A stretch of 64,000 nt of DNA from assembly GCF_009914755.1 (NCBI RefSeq), contig NC_060948.1, one strand, 5' to 3'. Position numbers and translations under genes: made by a program. Source of the stretch: the human T2T-CHM13v2.0 reference genome, Homo sapiens. Positions 39,092-53,314 of the stretch are shown piece by piece; position 1 is the stretch's first letter; every line of letters starts with the position of its first letter. The notes beneath the pieces are model-generated. The model saw nothing but the letters and a program-made list of their open reading frames with translations, was not told where the DNA came from and ran no database searches.

Positions 39092-42000
39092 TTCGAATCC
39101 TTTCTATTGCAGTCCATTCCATTCGAGTCCATTCCAATCCCTTCCATTCCATTCCATTACAGTCCATTCCAATAGATTCCATTCCTTTGCCTTCCATTCG
39201 AATCCATTCCATTCTAGTCCATTCCATTCCATTCCATTCTATTCCTTTCCAATCCATTCGATTCCATTCGATTCAATTCCATTTCATTCTCTTTCATTCT
39301 ATTTTATTCCATGCCATTTGATTGCATTGCATTCCATTCCGTTTGATTCCAGTCCATTCAAGAAAGTTCCATTCCAGTCCATTGCTTTCCAGTCCATTCC
39401 ATTCCACTCTAGTCTATTCCACTCCATTCCTTTCCATTCCATTCCATACTATTCCATTCCATTCCTTTGCATTCCGTTTGCAATCTATTCGAGTCCATTG
39501 CATTCCAGTCCAATCCATTCGATTACATTCCTTTTGATTCCCTGCCAGTCGATTGCATTGCATACTAGACCATTCCAAAGGAGTCCATTCCATTCTATCT
39601 CAACACTTTCCATTCCACTCTGTTCGAGTCCATTCCATTCCAGTCCATTTAATTCAAGGGCATTCCATTCCATTCCATTCCATTCCATTTCATATTATTC
39701 CATTCCATTCAATTCCATTCCAGATGATTCCATTCCATTCTATACCATTGCTCTCTGTTCCATTCCATTCCATCTGTCTCCATTCCTTTCGTTTCGATTC
39801 CTTTCCATTCCATTCCATTACATTTGATCCTATTTTATTAAATTGCATTCTATTCGAGTGATTTCCATTCGAGTCCTTTCCATTCGATTCCATTCCATTC
39901 TATTCCATTCCTTTGGATTCCATTCCATTCCGTTCCGTTCACATCAATTCCTTGCGATTCCATTACATTCGATTTCTTGCCATTCGATTCCATTCCTTTT
40001 GACTCCATTTCATTCGATTCCATTCCATTCCATTAATTTCCATTCCATTCGAGACCTTTCCATTGCAGTCTTTTCCCTTCGAGTCCATTCCGTTCGATTC
40101 CCTTCCATTCGATTCCATTCCATTGGAGTCCGTACCAGTCGAGTCCATTCTATTCCAGTCCATTAGTTTCGACTCCATTGCATTCGAGTGCATTCCATTC
40201 CGTGGCTGTCCATTCCATTCCGTTTGATGCCATTCCATACGATTCCATTCAATTCGAGACCATTCTATTCCTCTCCATTCCTTGTAGTTCGATTCCATTT
40301 CACTCTAGTCCATTCCATTCCATTCAATTCCATTCGACTCTATTCCGTTCCATTCAATTCCATTCCATTCGATTCCATTTTTTTCGAGAACCTTCCATTA
40401 CACTCCCTTCCATTCCAGTGCATTCCATTCCAGTCTCTTCAGTTCGATTCCATTCCATTCGTTTCGATTCCTTTCCATTCCAGCCCATTCCTTTCCATTC
40501 CATTCCATTCCTTTCCGTTTCATTAGATTCCATTGCATTCCATTCCATTCAATTCAATTCCGTGCTATTCAATTTGATTCATTTCCATTTAATTCCATTC
40601 CATTAGATTCCATTCCGTACGATTCCATTCCTTTTGAATCCATTCCATTGGAGTCCATTCACTTCCAGAACATTCCATTCCAGTCGAATCCATTCGAGTA
40701 CATTCCATTAAAGTTCATTACATTCTAATACATTCCATTCCATTGCATTCCATTCCATTCCATTCGATGCCATTCGATTCCATTCCGTGCCAAATCATTG
40801 CATTCCTTTCCATTCCGTTCCTATCAATTCCATTCCATTCGATTTAGTTCGATTCTATTCACTTCCATTCCATTCGATTCCATTCCATTGGAGTCAATTC
40901 CTTTCGACACCCAGCCTTTCCAGTCAATGATTTTGGATTCCATTTTGTTGCATTCCATTACATTCTATGACATTCGATTCCGTTTCATTGCATTCCATTC
41001 CATACATTTTTATTCCATTCGAGACCGTAGCATTCCACTTTATTCCAGGCCTGTCCATTACACTACATTCCCTTCCATTCCAATGAATTCCATTCCATTC
41101 CAATCCATTCCTTTCCTTTCGCTTGCATTCCATTCTATTCTCTTCTACTGCATACAATTTCACTCCATTCGTTCCCATTCCATTCAATTCCATTCCATTC
41201 AATTCCATTCCATTTGTTTCCATTCTCTTCGAATCCATTTCTTTATATTCCATGCCATTCGATTCCATTCTATTGGATTGCATTACATTCGTGTTCATTC
41301 CATTCCAGACCATTCCATTTGACTCCATTCCTTTCGAGCCCTTTCAATTTGAGTCCATTCCTTTCCAGTCCATTTCACTCCAGTCCATTACTATCCATTC
41401 CATACCATTCCATCCCATTCCATTCCATTCCATTCCATTCCATTCCATTCCATTCCATTCCATTCCATTGCATTCTATTCCATTCCATTCCATTGCACTG
41501 CACTCCATTCCATTACATTCTACTCTATCTGAGTCGGTTTTATTGCATTAGATTCTATTCCATTGGATTACTTTCCATTCGATTACATTCCATTCATGTA
41601 CATTCCATTCCAGTCAATTACATTCGAGTTCATTACATTACATTCCAGTATATTCCATTCTATTCGATCCCATTCCTTTCAATTCCATTTCATTCGACTC
41701 CATTTTATTCGATTCCATTCCACTCGAATCCATTCCATTAGAGGACATTCCATTCCAATGCATTCCATTCCATTCCATAACATTCCAAAGCATTCGATTC
41801 CATTCCATTTGATGCCATTCCATTTGATGCCATTCCATGACATTCCATTCCATTCGAGTCCATTCCGTTCCAATTCATTCCATTCCGTTTCATGAAATTC
41901 GAGTCCTTTCCAGTACATTTCATTCCAATCCCATCCAATCCAATCTACTCCATTCAATTCCTTTCCATTCCATTTGATTAGATTCCATTGATTTGATTCC

Positions 42001-42650
42001 ATTCAGTTTGATTCCATTCCGTGAAATTTCGTTCCATTCTATTCCATTGCATTACTTTCCATTCAATTCCATTCCATTTCATTTCAGTCCATTCGCTTCC
42101 TTTCCTTTCGATTCAATTCCATTTGATTCCACTCCATTCTATGCGATTTCATTCCAATCGATTCAATTCCATTCGATGACATTCCTTTCGTTTCCATTCC
42201 ATTCGAGTCCATTCAATTTGAGCATTCGTGTCCATTCTATTCGAGTCCATTCCATTACCGTCTATTCTATTCCCTTCCATTCCTGTTGATTCAATTGCAT
42301 TCCCTTCCATTCGATTCCTTTCCATTCGATTCCATTCCTTTCCATTCCATTCCATTCGTTCCCATTCCATGTGATTTCATTCCATTCCAGTCCATTATAT
42401 TCGAGTCCACTCCACTCCATTCTATTACATTCAATTCCTTTTGAGTCCGTTCCATAACACTCCATTCATTTCGATTCCATTTCTTGCCAGTTTTCTTCCA
42501 TTTTATTCCATTCCGTTTGATTCCATTCCATTCGATTGCATTCCATTCGAATCCTTTCCATTCCATTTCATTCCATTCCTTTCTATTCCATTCCATTTCA
42601 TTCGATTTGATTCCATTCTGTTCTATTCCATTCAATTCTTTTTCATTCCA
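39092..42650 (+). repeat. DYZ1 unit U12 (3559 bp)
   Basis: Anchor at 39092; HaeIII at 41048. Confidence 0.92.
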
Positions 42651-45600
42651 TTCGAATCCTTTCTATTGCAGTCCATTCCATTCGAGTCCATTCCAATCCC
42701 TTCCATTCCATTCCATTACAGTCCATTCCAATAGATTCCATTCCTTTGCCTTCCATTCGAATCCATTCCATTCTAGTCCATTCCATTTGAGTCAATTCCA
42801 TTCCATTCCATTCTATTCCTTTCCAATCCATTCGATTCCATTCGATTCAATTCCATTTCATTCTCTTTCATTCTATTTTATTCCATGCCATTTGATTGCA
42901 TTGCATTCCATTCCGTTTGATTCCAGTCCATTCAAGAAAGTTCCATTCCAGTCCATTGCTTTCCAGTCCATTCCATTCCACTCTAGTCTATTCCACTCCA
43001 TTCCTTTCCATTCCATTCCATACTATTCCATTCCATTCCTTTGCATTCCGTTTCCAATCTATTCGAGTCCATTGCATTCCAGTCCAATCCATTCGATTAC
43101 ATTCCTTTTGATTCCCTACCAGTCGATTGCATTGCATACTAGACCATTCCAAAGGAGTCCATTCCATTCTATCTCAACACTTTCCATTCCACTCTGTTCG
43201 AGTCCATTCCATTCCAGTCCATTTAATTCAAGGGCATTCCATTCCATTCCATTCCATTCCATTTCATATTATTCCATTCCATTCAATTCCATTCCAGATG
43301 ATTCCATTCCATTCTATACCATTGCTCTCTGTTCCATTCCATTCCATCTGTCTCCATTCCTTTCGTTTCGATTCCTTTCCATTACATTCCATTACATTTG
43401 ATCCTATTTTATTAAATTGCATTCTATTCGAGTGATTTCCATTCGAGTCCTTTCCATTCGATTCCATTCCATTCTATTCCATTCCTTTGGATTCCATTCC
43501 ATTCCGTTCCGTTCACATCAATTCCTTGCGATTCCATTACATTCGATTTCTTGCCATTCGATTCCATTCCTTTTGACTCCATTTCATTCGATTCCATTCC
43601 ATTCCATTAATTTCCATTCCATTCGAGACCTTTCCATTGCAGTCTTTTCCCTTCGAGTCCATTCCGTTCGATTCCCTTCCATTCGATTCCATTCCATTGG
43701 AGTCCGTACCAGTCGAGTCCATTCTATTCCAGTCCATTAGTTTCGACTCCATTGCATTCGAGTGCATTCCATTCCGTGGCTGTCCATTCCATTCCGTTTG
43801 ATGCCATTCCATACGATTCCATTCAATTCGAGACCATTCTATTCTGTCCATTCCTTGTGGTTCGATTCCATTTCACTCTAGTCCATTCCATTCCATTCAA
43901 TTCCATTCGACTCTATTCCGTTCCATTCAATTCCATTCCATTCGATTCCATTTTTTTCGAGAACCTTCCATTACACTCCCTTCCATTCCAGTGCATTCCA
44001 TTCCAGTCTCTTCAGTTCGATTCCATTCCATTCGTTTCGATTCCTTTCCATTCCAGCCCATTCCATTCCATTCCATTCCTTTCCTTTCCGTTTCATTAGA
44101 TTCCATTGCATTCCATTCCATTCAAATCAATTCCGTGCTATTCAATTTGATTCATTTCCATTTAATTCCATTCCATTAGATTCCATTCCGTACGATTCCA
44201 TTCCTTTGGAATCCATTCCATTGGAGTCCATTCACTTCCAGAACATTCCATTCCAGTCGAATCCATTCGAGTACATTCCATTAAAGTTCATTACATTCTA
44301 ATACATTCCATTCCATTGCATTCCATTCCATTCCATTCGATGCCATTCGATTCCATTCCATGCCAAATCATTGCATTCCTTTCCATTCTGTTCCTATCAA
44401 TTCCATTCCATTCGATTTAGTTCGATTCTATTCACTTCCATTCCATTCGATTCCATTCCATTGGAGTCAATTCCTTTCGACACCCAGCCTTTCCAGTCAA
44501 TGATTTTGGATTCCATTTTTTTGCATTCCATTACATTCTATGACATTCGATTCCGTTTCATTGCATTCCATTCCATACATTTTTATTCCATTCGAGACCG
44601 TAGCATTCCACTTTATTCCAGGCCTGTCCATTACACTACATTACCTTCCATTCCAATGAATTCCATTCCATTCCAATCCATTCCTTTCCTTTCGCTTGCA
44701 TTCCATTCTATTCTCTTCTACTGCATACAATTTCACTCCATTCGTTCCCATTCCATTCAATTCCATTCCACTCAATTCCATTCCATTTGTTTCCATTCTC
44801 TTCGATTCCATTTCTTTATATTCCATGTCATTCGATTCCATTCTATTGGATTGCATTACATTCGTGTTCATTCCATTCCAGACCATTCCATTTGACTCCA
44901 TTCCTTTCGAGCCCTTTCAATTTGAGTCCATTCCTTTCCAGTCCATTTCACTCCAGTCCATTACTATCCATTCCACACCATTCCATTCCATTCCATTCCA
45001 TTCCATTCCATTCCATTCCATTGCATTCCATTCCATTCCATTCCATTGCACTGCACTCCATTCCATTACATTCTACTCTATCTGAGTCGATTTTATTGCA
45101 TTAGATTCTATTCCATTGGATTACTTTCCATTCGATTACATTCCATTCATATACATTCCATTCCAGTCAATTACATTCGAGTTCATTACATTACATTCCA
45201 GTATATTCCATTGTATTCGATCCTATTCCTTTCAATTCCATTTCATTCGACTCCATTATATTCGATTCCTTTCCACTCGAATCCATTCCATTAGAGGACA
45301 TTCCATTCCAATGCATTCCATTCCATTCCATAGCATTCCATTGCATTCGATTCCATTCCATTTGATGCCATTCCATTTGATGCCATTCCATGACATTCCA
45401 TTCCATTCGAGTCCATTCCGTTCCAATTCATTCCATTCCGTTCATGAAATTCGAGTCCTTTCCAGTACATTTCATTCCAATCCCATCCAATCCAATCTAC
45501 TCCATTCAATTCCTTTCCATTCCATTTGATTAGATTCCATTGATTTGATTCCATTCAGTTTGATTCCATTCCGTGAAATTTCGTTCCATTCTATTCCATT

Positions 45601-46202
45601 GCATTACTTTCCATTCAATTCCATTCCATTTCATTTCAGTCCATTCGCTTCCTTTCCTTTCGATTCAATTCCATTTGATTCCACTCCATTCTATGCGATT
45701 TCATTCCAATCGATTCAATTCCATTCGATGACATTCCTTTCGTTTCCATTCCATTCGAGTCCATTCAATTTGAGCATTCGTGTCCATTCTATTCGAGTCC
45801 ATTCCATTACCGTCTATTCTATTCCCTTCCATTCCTGTTGATTCAATTTCATTCCCTTCCATTCGATTCCTTTCCATTCGATTCCATTCCTTTCCATTCC
45901 ATTCCATTCGTTCCCATTCCATGTGATTTCATTCCATTCCAGTCCATTATATTCGAGTCCACTCCACTCCATTCTATTACATTCAATTCCTTTTGAGTCC
46001 GTTCCATAACACTCCATTCATTTCGATTCCATTTCTTGCCAGTTTTCTTCCATTTTATTCCATTCCGTTCGATTCCATTCCATTCGATTGCATTCCATTC
46101 GAATCCTTTCCATTCCATTTCATTCCATTCCTTTCTATTCCATTCCATTTCATTCGATTTGATTCCATTCTGTTCTATTCCATTCAATTCTTTTTCATTC
46201 CA
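42651..46202 (+). repeat. DYZ1 unit U13 (3552 bp)
   Basis: Anchor at 42651; HaeIII at 44621; two private 1-bp deletions (~43844, ~45441). Confidence 0.92.
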
Positions 46203-49200
46203 TTCGAATCCTTTCTATTGCAGTCCATTCCATTCGAGTCCATTCCAATCCCTTCCATTCCATTCCATTACAGTCCATTCCAATAGATTCCATTCCTTTG
46301 CCTTCCTTTCGAATCCATTCCATTCTAGTCCATTCCATTTGACTCAATTCCATTCCATTCCATTCTATTCCTTTCCACTCCATTCGATTCCATTCGATTC
46401 AATTCCATTTGATTCTCTTTCATTCTATTTTATTCCATGCCATTTGATTGCATTGCATTCCATTCCGTTTGATTCCAGTCCATTCAAGAAAGTTCCATTC
46501 CAGTCCATTGCTTTCGAGTCCATTCCATTCCACTCTAGTCTATTCCACTCCATTCCTTTCCATTCCATTCCATACTATTCCATTCCATTCCTTTGCATTC
46601 CGTTTCCAATCTATTCGAGTCCATTGCATTCCAGTCCAGTCCATTCCATTACATTCCTTTTGATTCCCTGCCAGTCGATTGCATTGCATACTACACCATT
46701 CCAAAGGAGTCCATTCCATTCTATCTCAACACTTTCCATTCCACTCTGTTCGAGTCCATTCCATTCCAGTCCATTTAATTCAAGGGCATTCCATTCCATT
46801 CCATTTCATATTATTCCATTCCATTCAATTCCATTCCAGATGATTCCATTCCATTCTATACCATTGCTCTCTGTTCCATTCCATTCCATCTGTCTCCATT
46901 CCTTTCGTTTCGATTCCTTTCCATTCCATTCCTTTACATTTGATCCTATTTTATTAAATTGCATTCTATTCGAGTGATTTCCATTCGAGTCCTTTCCATT
47001 CGATTCCATTCCATTCTATTCCATTCCTTTGGATTCCATTCTATTCCGTTCCGTTCACATCAATTCCTTGTGATTCCATTACATTCGATTTCTTGCCATT
47101 CGATTCCATTACTTTTGACTCCATTTCATTCGATTCCATTCCATTCCATTAATTTCCATTCCATTCGAGACCTTTCCATTGCAGTCTTTTCCCTTCGAGT
47201 CCATTCCGTTCGATTCCCTTCCATTCGATTCCATTCCATTGGAGTCCGTACCAGTCGAGTCCATTCTATTCCAGTCCATTAGTTTCGACTCCATTGCATT
47301 CGAGTGCATTCCATTCCGTGGCTGTCCATTCCATTCCGTTTGATGCCATTCCATACGATTCCATTCAATTCGAGACCATTCTATTCCTGTCCATTCCTTG
47401 TGGTTCGATTCCATTTCACTCTAGTCCATTCCATTCCATTCAATTCCATTCGACTCTATTCCGTTCCATTCAATTCCATTCCATTCGATTCCATTTTTTT
47501 CGAGAACCTTCCATTCCAGTGCATTCCATTCCAGTCTCTTCAGTTCGATTCCATTCCATTCGTTTCGATTCCTTTCCATTCCAGCCCATTCCATTCCATT
47601 CCATTCCTTTCCTTTCCGTTTCATTAGATTCCATTGCATTCCATTCCATTCAATTCAATTCCGTGCTATTCAATTTGATTCATTTCCATTTAATTCCATT
47701 CCATTAGATTCCATTCCGTACGATTCCATTCCTTTGGAATCCATTCCATTGGAGTCCATTCACTTCCAGAACATTCCATTCCAGTCGAATCCATTCGAGT
47801 ACATTCCATTAAAGTTCATTACATTCTAATACATTCCATTCCATTGCATTCCATTCCATTCCATTCGATGCCATTCGATTCCATTCCATGCCAAATCATT
47901 GCATTCCTTTCCATTCCGTTCCTATCAATTCCATTCCATTCGATTTAGTTCGATTCTATTCACTTCCATTCCATTCGATTCCATTCCATTGGAGTCAATT
48001 CCTTTCGACACCCAGCCTTTCCAGTCAATGATTTTGGATTCCATTTTTTTGCATTCCATTACATTCTATGACATTCGATTCCGTTTCATTGCATTCCATT
48101 CCATACATTTTTATTCCATTCGAGACCGTAGCATTCCACTTTATTCCAGACCTGTCCATTACACTACATTCCCTTCCATTCCAATGAATTCCATTCCATT
48201 CCAATCCATTCCTTTCCTTTCGCTTGCATTCCATTCTATTCCCTTCTACTGCATACAATTTCACTCCATTCGTTCCCATTCCATTCAATTCCATTCCATT
48301 CAATTCCATTCCATTTGTTTCCATTCTCTTCGATTCCATTTCTTTATATTCCATGCCATTCGATTCCATTCTATTGGATTGCATTACATTCGTGTTCATT
48401 CCATTCCAGACCATTCCATTTGACTCCATTCCTTTCGAGCCCTTTCAATTTGAGTCCATTCCTTTCCAGTCCATTTCACTCCAGTCCATTACTATCCATT
48501 CCATACCATTCCATCCCATTCCATTAAATTCCATTCCATTCCATTCCATTCCATTCCATTGCATTCCATTCCATTCCATTCCATTGCACTGCACTCCATT
48601 CCATTACATTCTACTCTATTTGAGTCGATTTTATTGCATTAGATTCTATTCCATTGGATTACTTTCCATTCGATTACATTCCATTCATGTACATTCCATT
48701 CCAGTCAATTACATTCGAGTTCATTACATTACATTCCAGTATATTCCATTGTATTCGATCCCATTCTTTTCAATTCCATTTCATTCGACTCCATTATATT
48801 CGATTCCATTCCACTCGAATCCATTCCATTAGAGGACATTCCATTCCAATGCATTCCATTCCATTCCATAGCATTCCATTGCATTCGATTCCATTCCATT
48901 TGATGCCATTCCATTTGATGCCATTCCATGACATTCCATTCCATTCGAGTCCATGCCGTTCCAATTCATTCCATTCCGTTTCATGAAATTCGAGTCCTTT
49001 CCAGTACATTTCATTCCAATCCCATCCAATCCAATCTACTCCATTCAATTCCTTTCCATTCCATTTGATTTGATTCCATTGATTTGATTCCATTCAGTTT
49101 GATTCCATTCCGTGAAATTTCGTTCCATTCTATTCCATTGCATTACTTTCCATTCAATTCCATTCCATTTCATTTCAGTCCATTCGCTTCCTTTCCTTTC

Positions 49201-49741
49201 GATTCAATTCCATTTGATTCCACTCCATTCTATGCGATTTCATTCCAATCGATTCAATTCCATTCGATGACATTCCTTTCGTTTCCATTCCATTCGAGTC
49301 CATTCAATTTGAGCATTCGTGTCCATTCAATTCGAGTCCATTCCATTACCGTCTATTCTATTCCCTTCCATTCCTGTTGATTCAATTTCATTCCCTTCCA
49401 TTCGATTCCTTTCCATTCAATTCCATTCCTTTCCATTCCATTCCATTCGTTCCCATTCCATGTGATTTCATTCCATTCCAGTCCATTATATTCGAGTCCA
49501 CTCCACTCCATTCTATTACATTCAATTCCTTTTGGGTCCGTTCCATAACACTCCATTCATTTCGATTCCATTTCTTGCCAGTTTTCTTCCATTTTATTCC
49601 ATTCCGTTCGATTCCATTCCATTCGATTGCATTCCATTCGAATCCTTTCCATTCCATTTCATTCCATTCCTTTCTATTCCATTCCATTGCATTCGATTTG
49701 ATTCCATTCTGTTCTATTCCATTCAATTCTTTTTCATTCCA
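46203..49741 (+). repeat. DYZ1 unit U14 (3539 bp)
   Basis: Anchor at 46203; HaeIII lost (GACC at 48149); 15-bp deletion near 47513. Confidence 0.92.
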
Positions 49742-52700
49742 TTCGAATCCTTTCTATTGCAGTCCATTCCATTCGAGTCCATTCCAATCCCTTCCATTCC
49801 ATTCCATTACAGTCCATTCCAATAGATTCCATTCCTTTGCCTTCCATTCGAATCCATTCCATTCTAGTCCATTCCATTTGAGTCAATTCCATTCCATTCC
49901 ATTCTATTCCTTTCCAATCATTCGATTCCATTCGATTCAATTCCATTTGATTCTCTTTCATTCTATTTCATTCCATGCCATTTGATTGCATTGCATTCCA
50001 TTCCGTTTGATTCCAGTCCATTCAAGAAAGTTCCATTCCAGTCCATTGCTTTCCAGTCCATTCCATTCCACTCTAGTCTATTCCACTCCATTCCTTTCCA
50101 TTCCATTCCATACTATTCCATTCCATTCCTTTGCATTCCGTTTGCAATCTATTCGAGTCCATTGCATTCCAGTCCAATCCATTCGATTACATTCCTCTTG
50201 ATTCCCAGCCAGTCGATTGCATTGCATACTAGACCATTCCAAACGAGTCCATTCCATTCTATCTCAACACTTTCCATTCCACTCTGTTCGAGTCCATTCC
50301 ATTCCAGTCCATTTAATTCAAGGGCATTCCATTCCATTCCATTCCATTCCATTCCATTTCATATTTTTCCATTCCATTCAATTCCATTCCAGATGATTCC
50401 ATTCCATTCTATACCATTGCTCTCTGTTCCATTCCATTCCATCTGTCTCCATTCCTTTCGTTTCGATTCCTTTCCATTCCATTCCATTACATTTGGTCCT
50501 ATTTTATTAAATTGCATTCTATTCGAGTGATTTCCATTCGAGTCCTTTCCATTCGATTCCATTCCATTCTATTCCATTCCTTTGGATTCCATTCCATTCC
50601 GTTCCGTTCACATCAATTCCTTGCGATTCCATTACATTCGATTTCTTGCCATTCGATTCCATTCCTTTTGACTCCATTTCATTCGATTCCATTCCATTCC
50701 AATAATTTCCATTCCATTCGAGACCTTTCCATTGCAGTCTTTTCCCTTAGAGTCCATTCCGTTCGATTCCCTTCCATTCGATTCCATTCCATTGGAGTCC
50801 GTACCAGTCGAGTCCATTCTATTCCAGTCCATTAGTTTTGACTCCATTGCATTCGAGTGCATTCCATTCCGTGGCTGTCCATTCCATTCCGTTTGATGCC
50901 ATTCCATACGATTCCATTCAATTCGAGACCATTCTATTCCTGTCCATTCCTTGTGGTTCGATTCCATTTCACTCTAGTCCATTCCATTCCATTCAATTCC
51001 ATTCGACTCTATTCCGTTCCATTCAATTCCATTCCATTCGATTCCATTTTTTTCGAGAACCTTCCATTACACTCCCTTCCATTCCAGTGCATTCCATTCC
51101 AGTCTCTTCAGTTCGATTCCATTCCATTCGTTTCGATTCCTTTCCATTCCAGCCCATTCCATTCCATTCCATTCCTTTCCTTTCCATTTCATTAGATTCC
51201 ATTGCATTCGATTCCATTCAATTCAATTCCATGCTATTCAATTTGATTCATTTCCATTTAATTCCATTCCATTAGATTCCATTCCGTACGATTCCATTCC
51301 TTTTGAATCCATTCCATTGGAGTCCATTCACTTCCAGAACATTCCATTCCAGTCGAATCCATTGGAGTACATTCCATTAAAGTTCATTACATTCTAATAC
51401 GTTCCATTCCATTGCATTCCATTCCATTCCATTCGATGCCATTAGATTCCATTCCGTGCCAAATCATTGCATTCCTTTCCATTCCGTTCCTATCAGTTCC
51501 ATTCCATTCGATTTAGTTCGATTCTATTCACTTCCACTCCATTCGATTCCATTCCATTGGAGTCAATTCCTTTCGACACCCAGCCTTTCCAGTCAATGAT
51601 TTTGGATTCCATTTTTTTGCATTCCATTACATTCTATGACATTCGATTCCGTTTCATTGCATTCCATTCCATACATTTTTATTCCATTCGAGACCGTAGC
51701 ATTCCACTTTATTCCAGGCCTGTCCATTACACTACATTCCCTTCCATTCCAATGAATTCCATTCCATTCCAATCCATTCCTTTCGTTTCGCTTGCATTCC
51801 ATTCTATTCCCTTCTACTGCATACAATTTCACTCCATTCGTTCCCATTCCATTCAATTCCATTCCATTCAATTCCATTCCATTTGTTTCCATTCTCTTCG
51901 ATTCCATTTCTTTATATTCCATGCCATTCGATTCCATTCTATTGGATTGCATTACATTCGTGTTCATTCCATTCCAGACCATTCCATTTGACTCCATTCC
52001 TTTCGAGCCCTTTCAATTTGAGTCCATTCCTTTCCAGTCCATTTCACTCCAGTCCATTACTATCCATTCCATACCATTCCATCCCATTCCATTCCATTCC
52101 ATTCCATTCCATTCCATTCCATTCCATTCCATTGCATTCTATTCCATTCCATTGCATTGCACTGCACTCCATTCCATTACACTCTACTCTATCTGAGTCG
52201 GTTTTATTGCATTAGATTCTATTCCATTGGATTACTTTCCATTCGATTACATTCCATTCATGTACATTCCATTCCAGTCAATTACATTCGAGTTCATTAC
52301 ATTACATTCCAGTATATTCCATTGTATTCGATCCCATTCCTTTCAATTCCATTTCCTTCGACTCCATTATATTCGATTCCATTCCACTCGAATCCATTCC
52401 ATTAGAGGACATTCCATTCCAATGCATTCCATTCCATTCCATAGCATTCCATTGCATTCGATTCCATTCCATTTGATGCCATTCCATTTGATGCCATTCC
52501 ATGACATTCCATTCCATTCGAGTCCATTCCGTTCCAATTCATTCCATTCCGTTTCATGAAATTCGAGTCCTTTCCAGTACATTTCATTCCAATCCCATAC
52601 AATCCAATCTACTCCATTCAATTCCTTTCCATTCCATTTGATTTGATTCCATTGATTTGATTCCATTCAGTTTGATTCCATTCCGTGAAATTTCGTTCCA

Positions 52701-53314
52701 TTCTATTCCATTGCATTACTTTCCATTCAATTCCATTCCATTTCATTTCAGTCCATTCGCTTCCTTTCCTTTCGATTCAATTCCATTTGATTCCACTCCA
52801 TTCTATGCGATTTCATTCCAATCGATTCAATTCCATTCGATGACATTCCTTTCGTTTCCATTCCATTCGAGTCCATTCAATTTGAGCATTCGTGTCCATT
52901 CTATTCGAGTCCATTCCATTACCGTCTATTCTATTCCCTTCCATTCCTGTTGATTCAATTTCATTCCCTTCCATTCGATTCCTTTCCATTCGATTCCATT
53001 CCTTTCCATTCCATTCCATTCGTTCCCATTCCATGTGATTTCATTCCATTCCAGTCCATTATATTCGAGTCCACTCCACTCCATTCTATTACATTCAATT
53101 CCTTTTGAGTCCGTTCCATAACACTCCATTCCTTTCGATTCCATTTCTTGCCTGTTTTCTTCCATTTTATTCCATTCCGTTCGATTCCATTCCATTCGAT
53201 TGCATTCCATTCGAATCCTTTCCATTCCATTTCATTCCATTCCTTTCCATTCCATTCCATTTCATTCGATTTGATTCCATTCTGTTCTATTCCATTCAAT
53301 TCTTTTTCATTCCA
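49742..53314 (+). repeat. DYZ1 unit U15 (3573 bp)
   Basis: Anchor at 49742; HaeIII at 51717; near-identical to U18. Confidence 0.92.
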
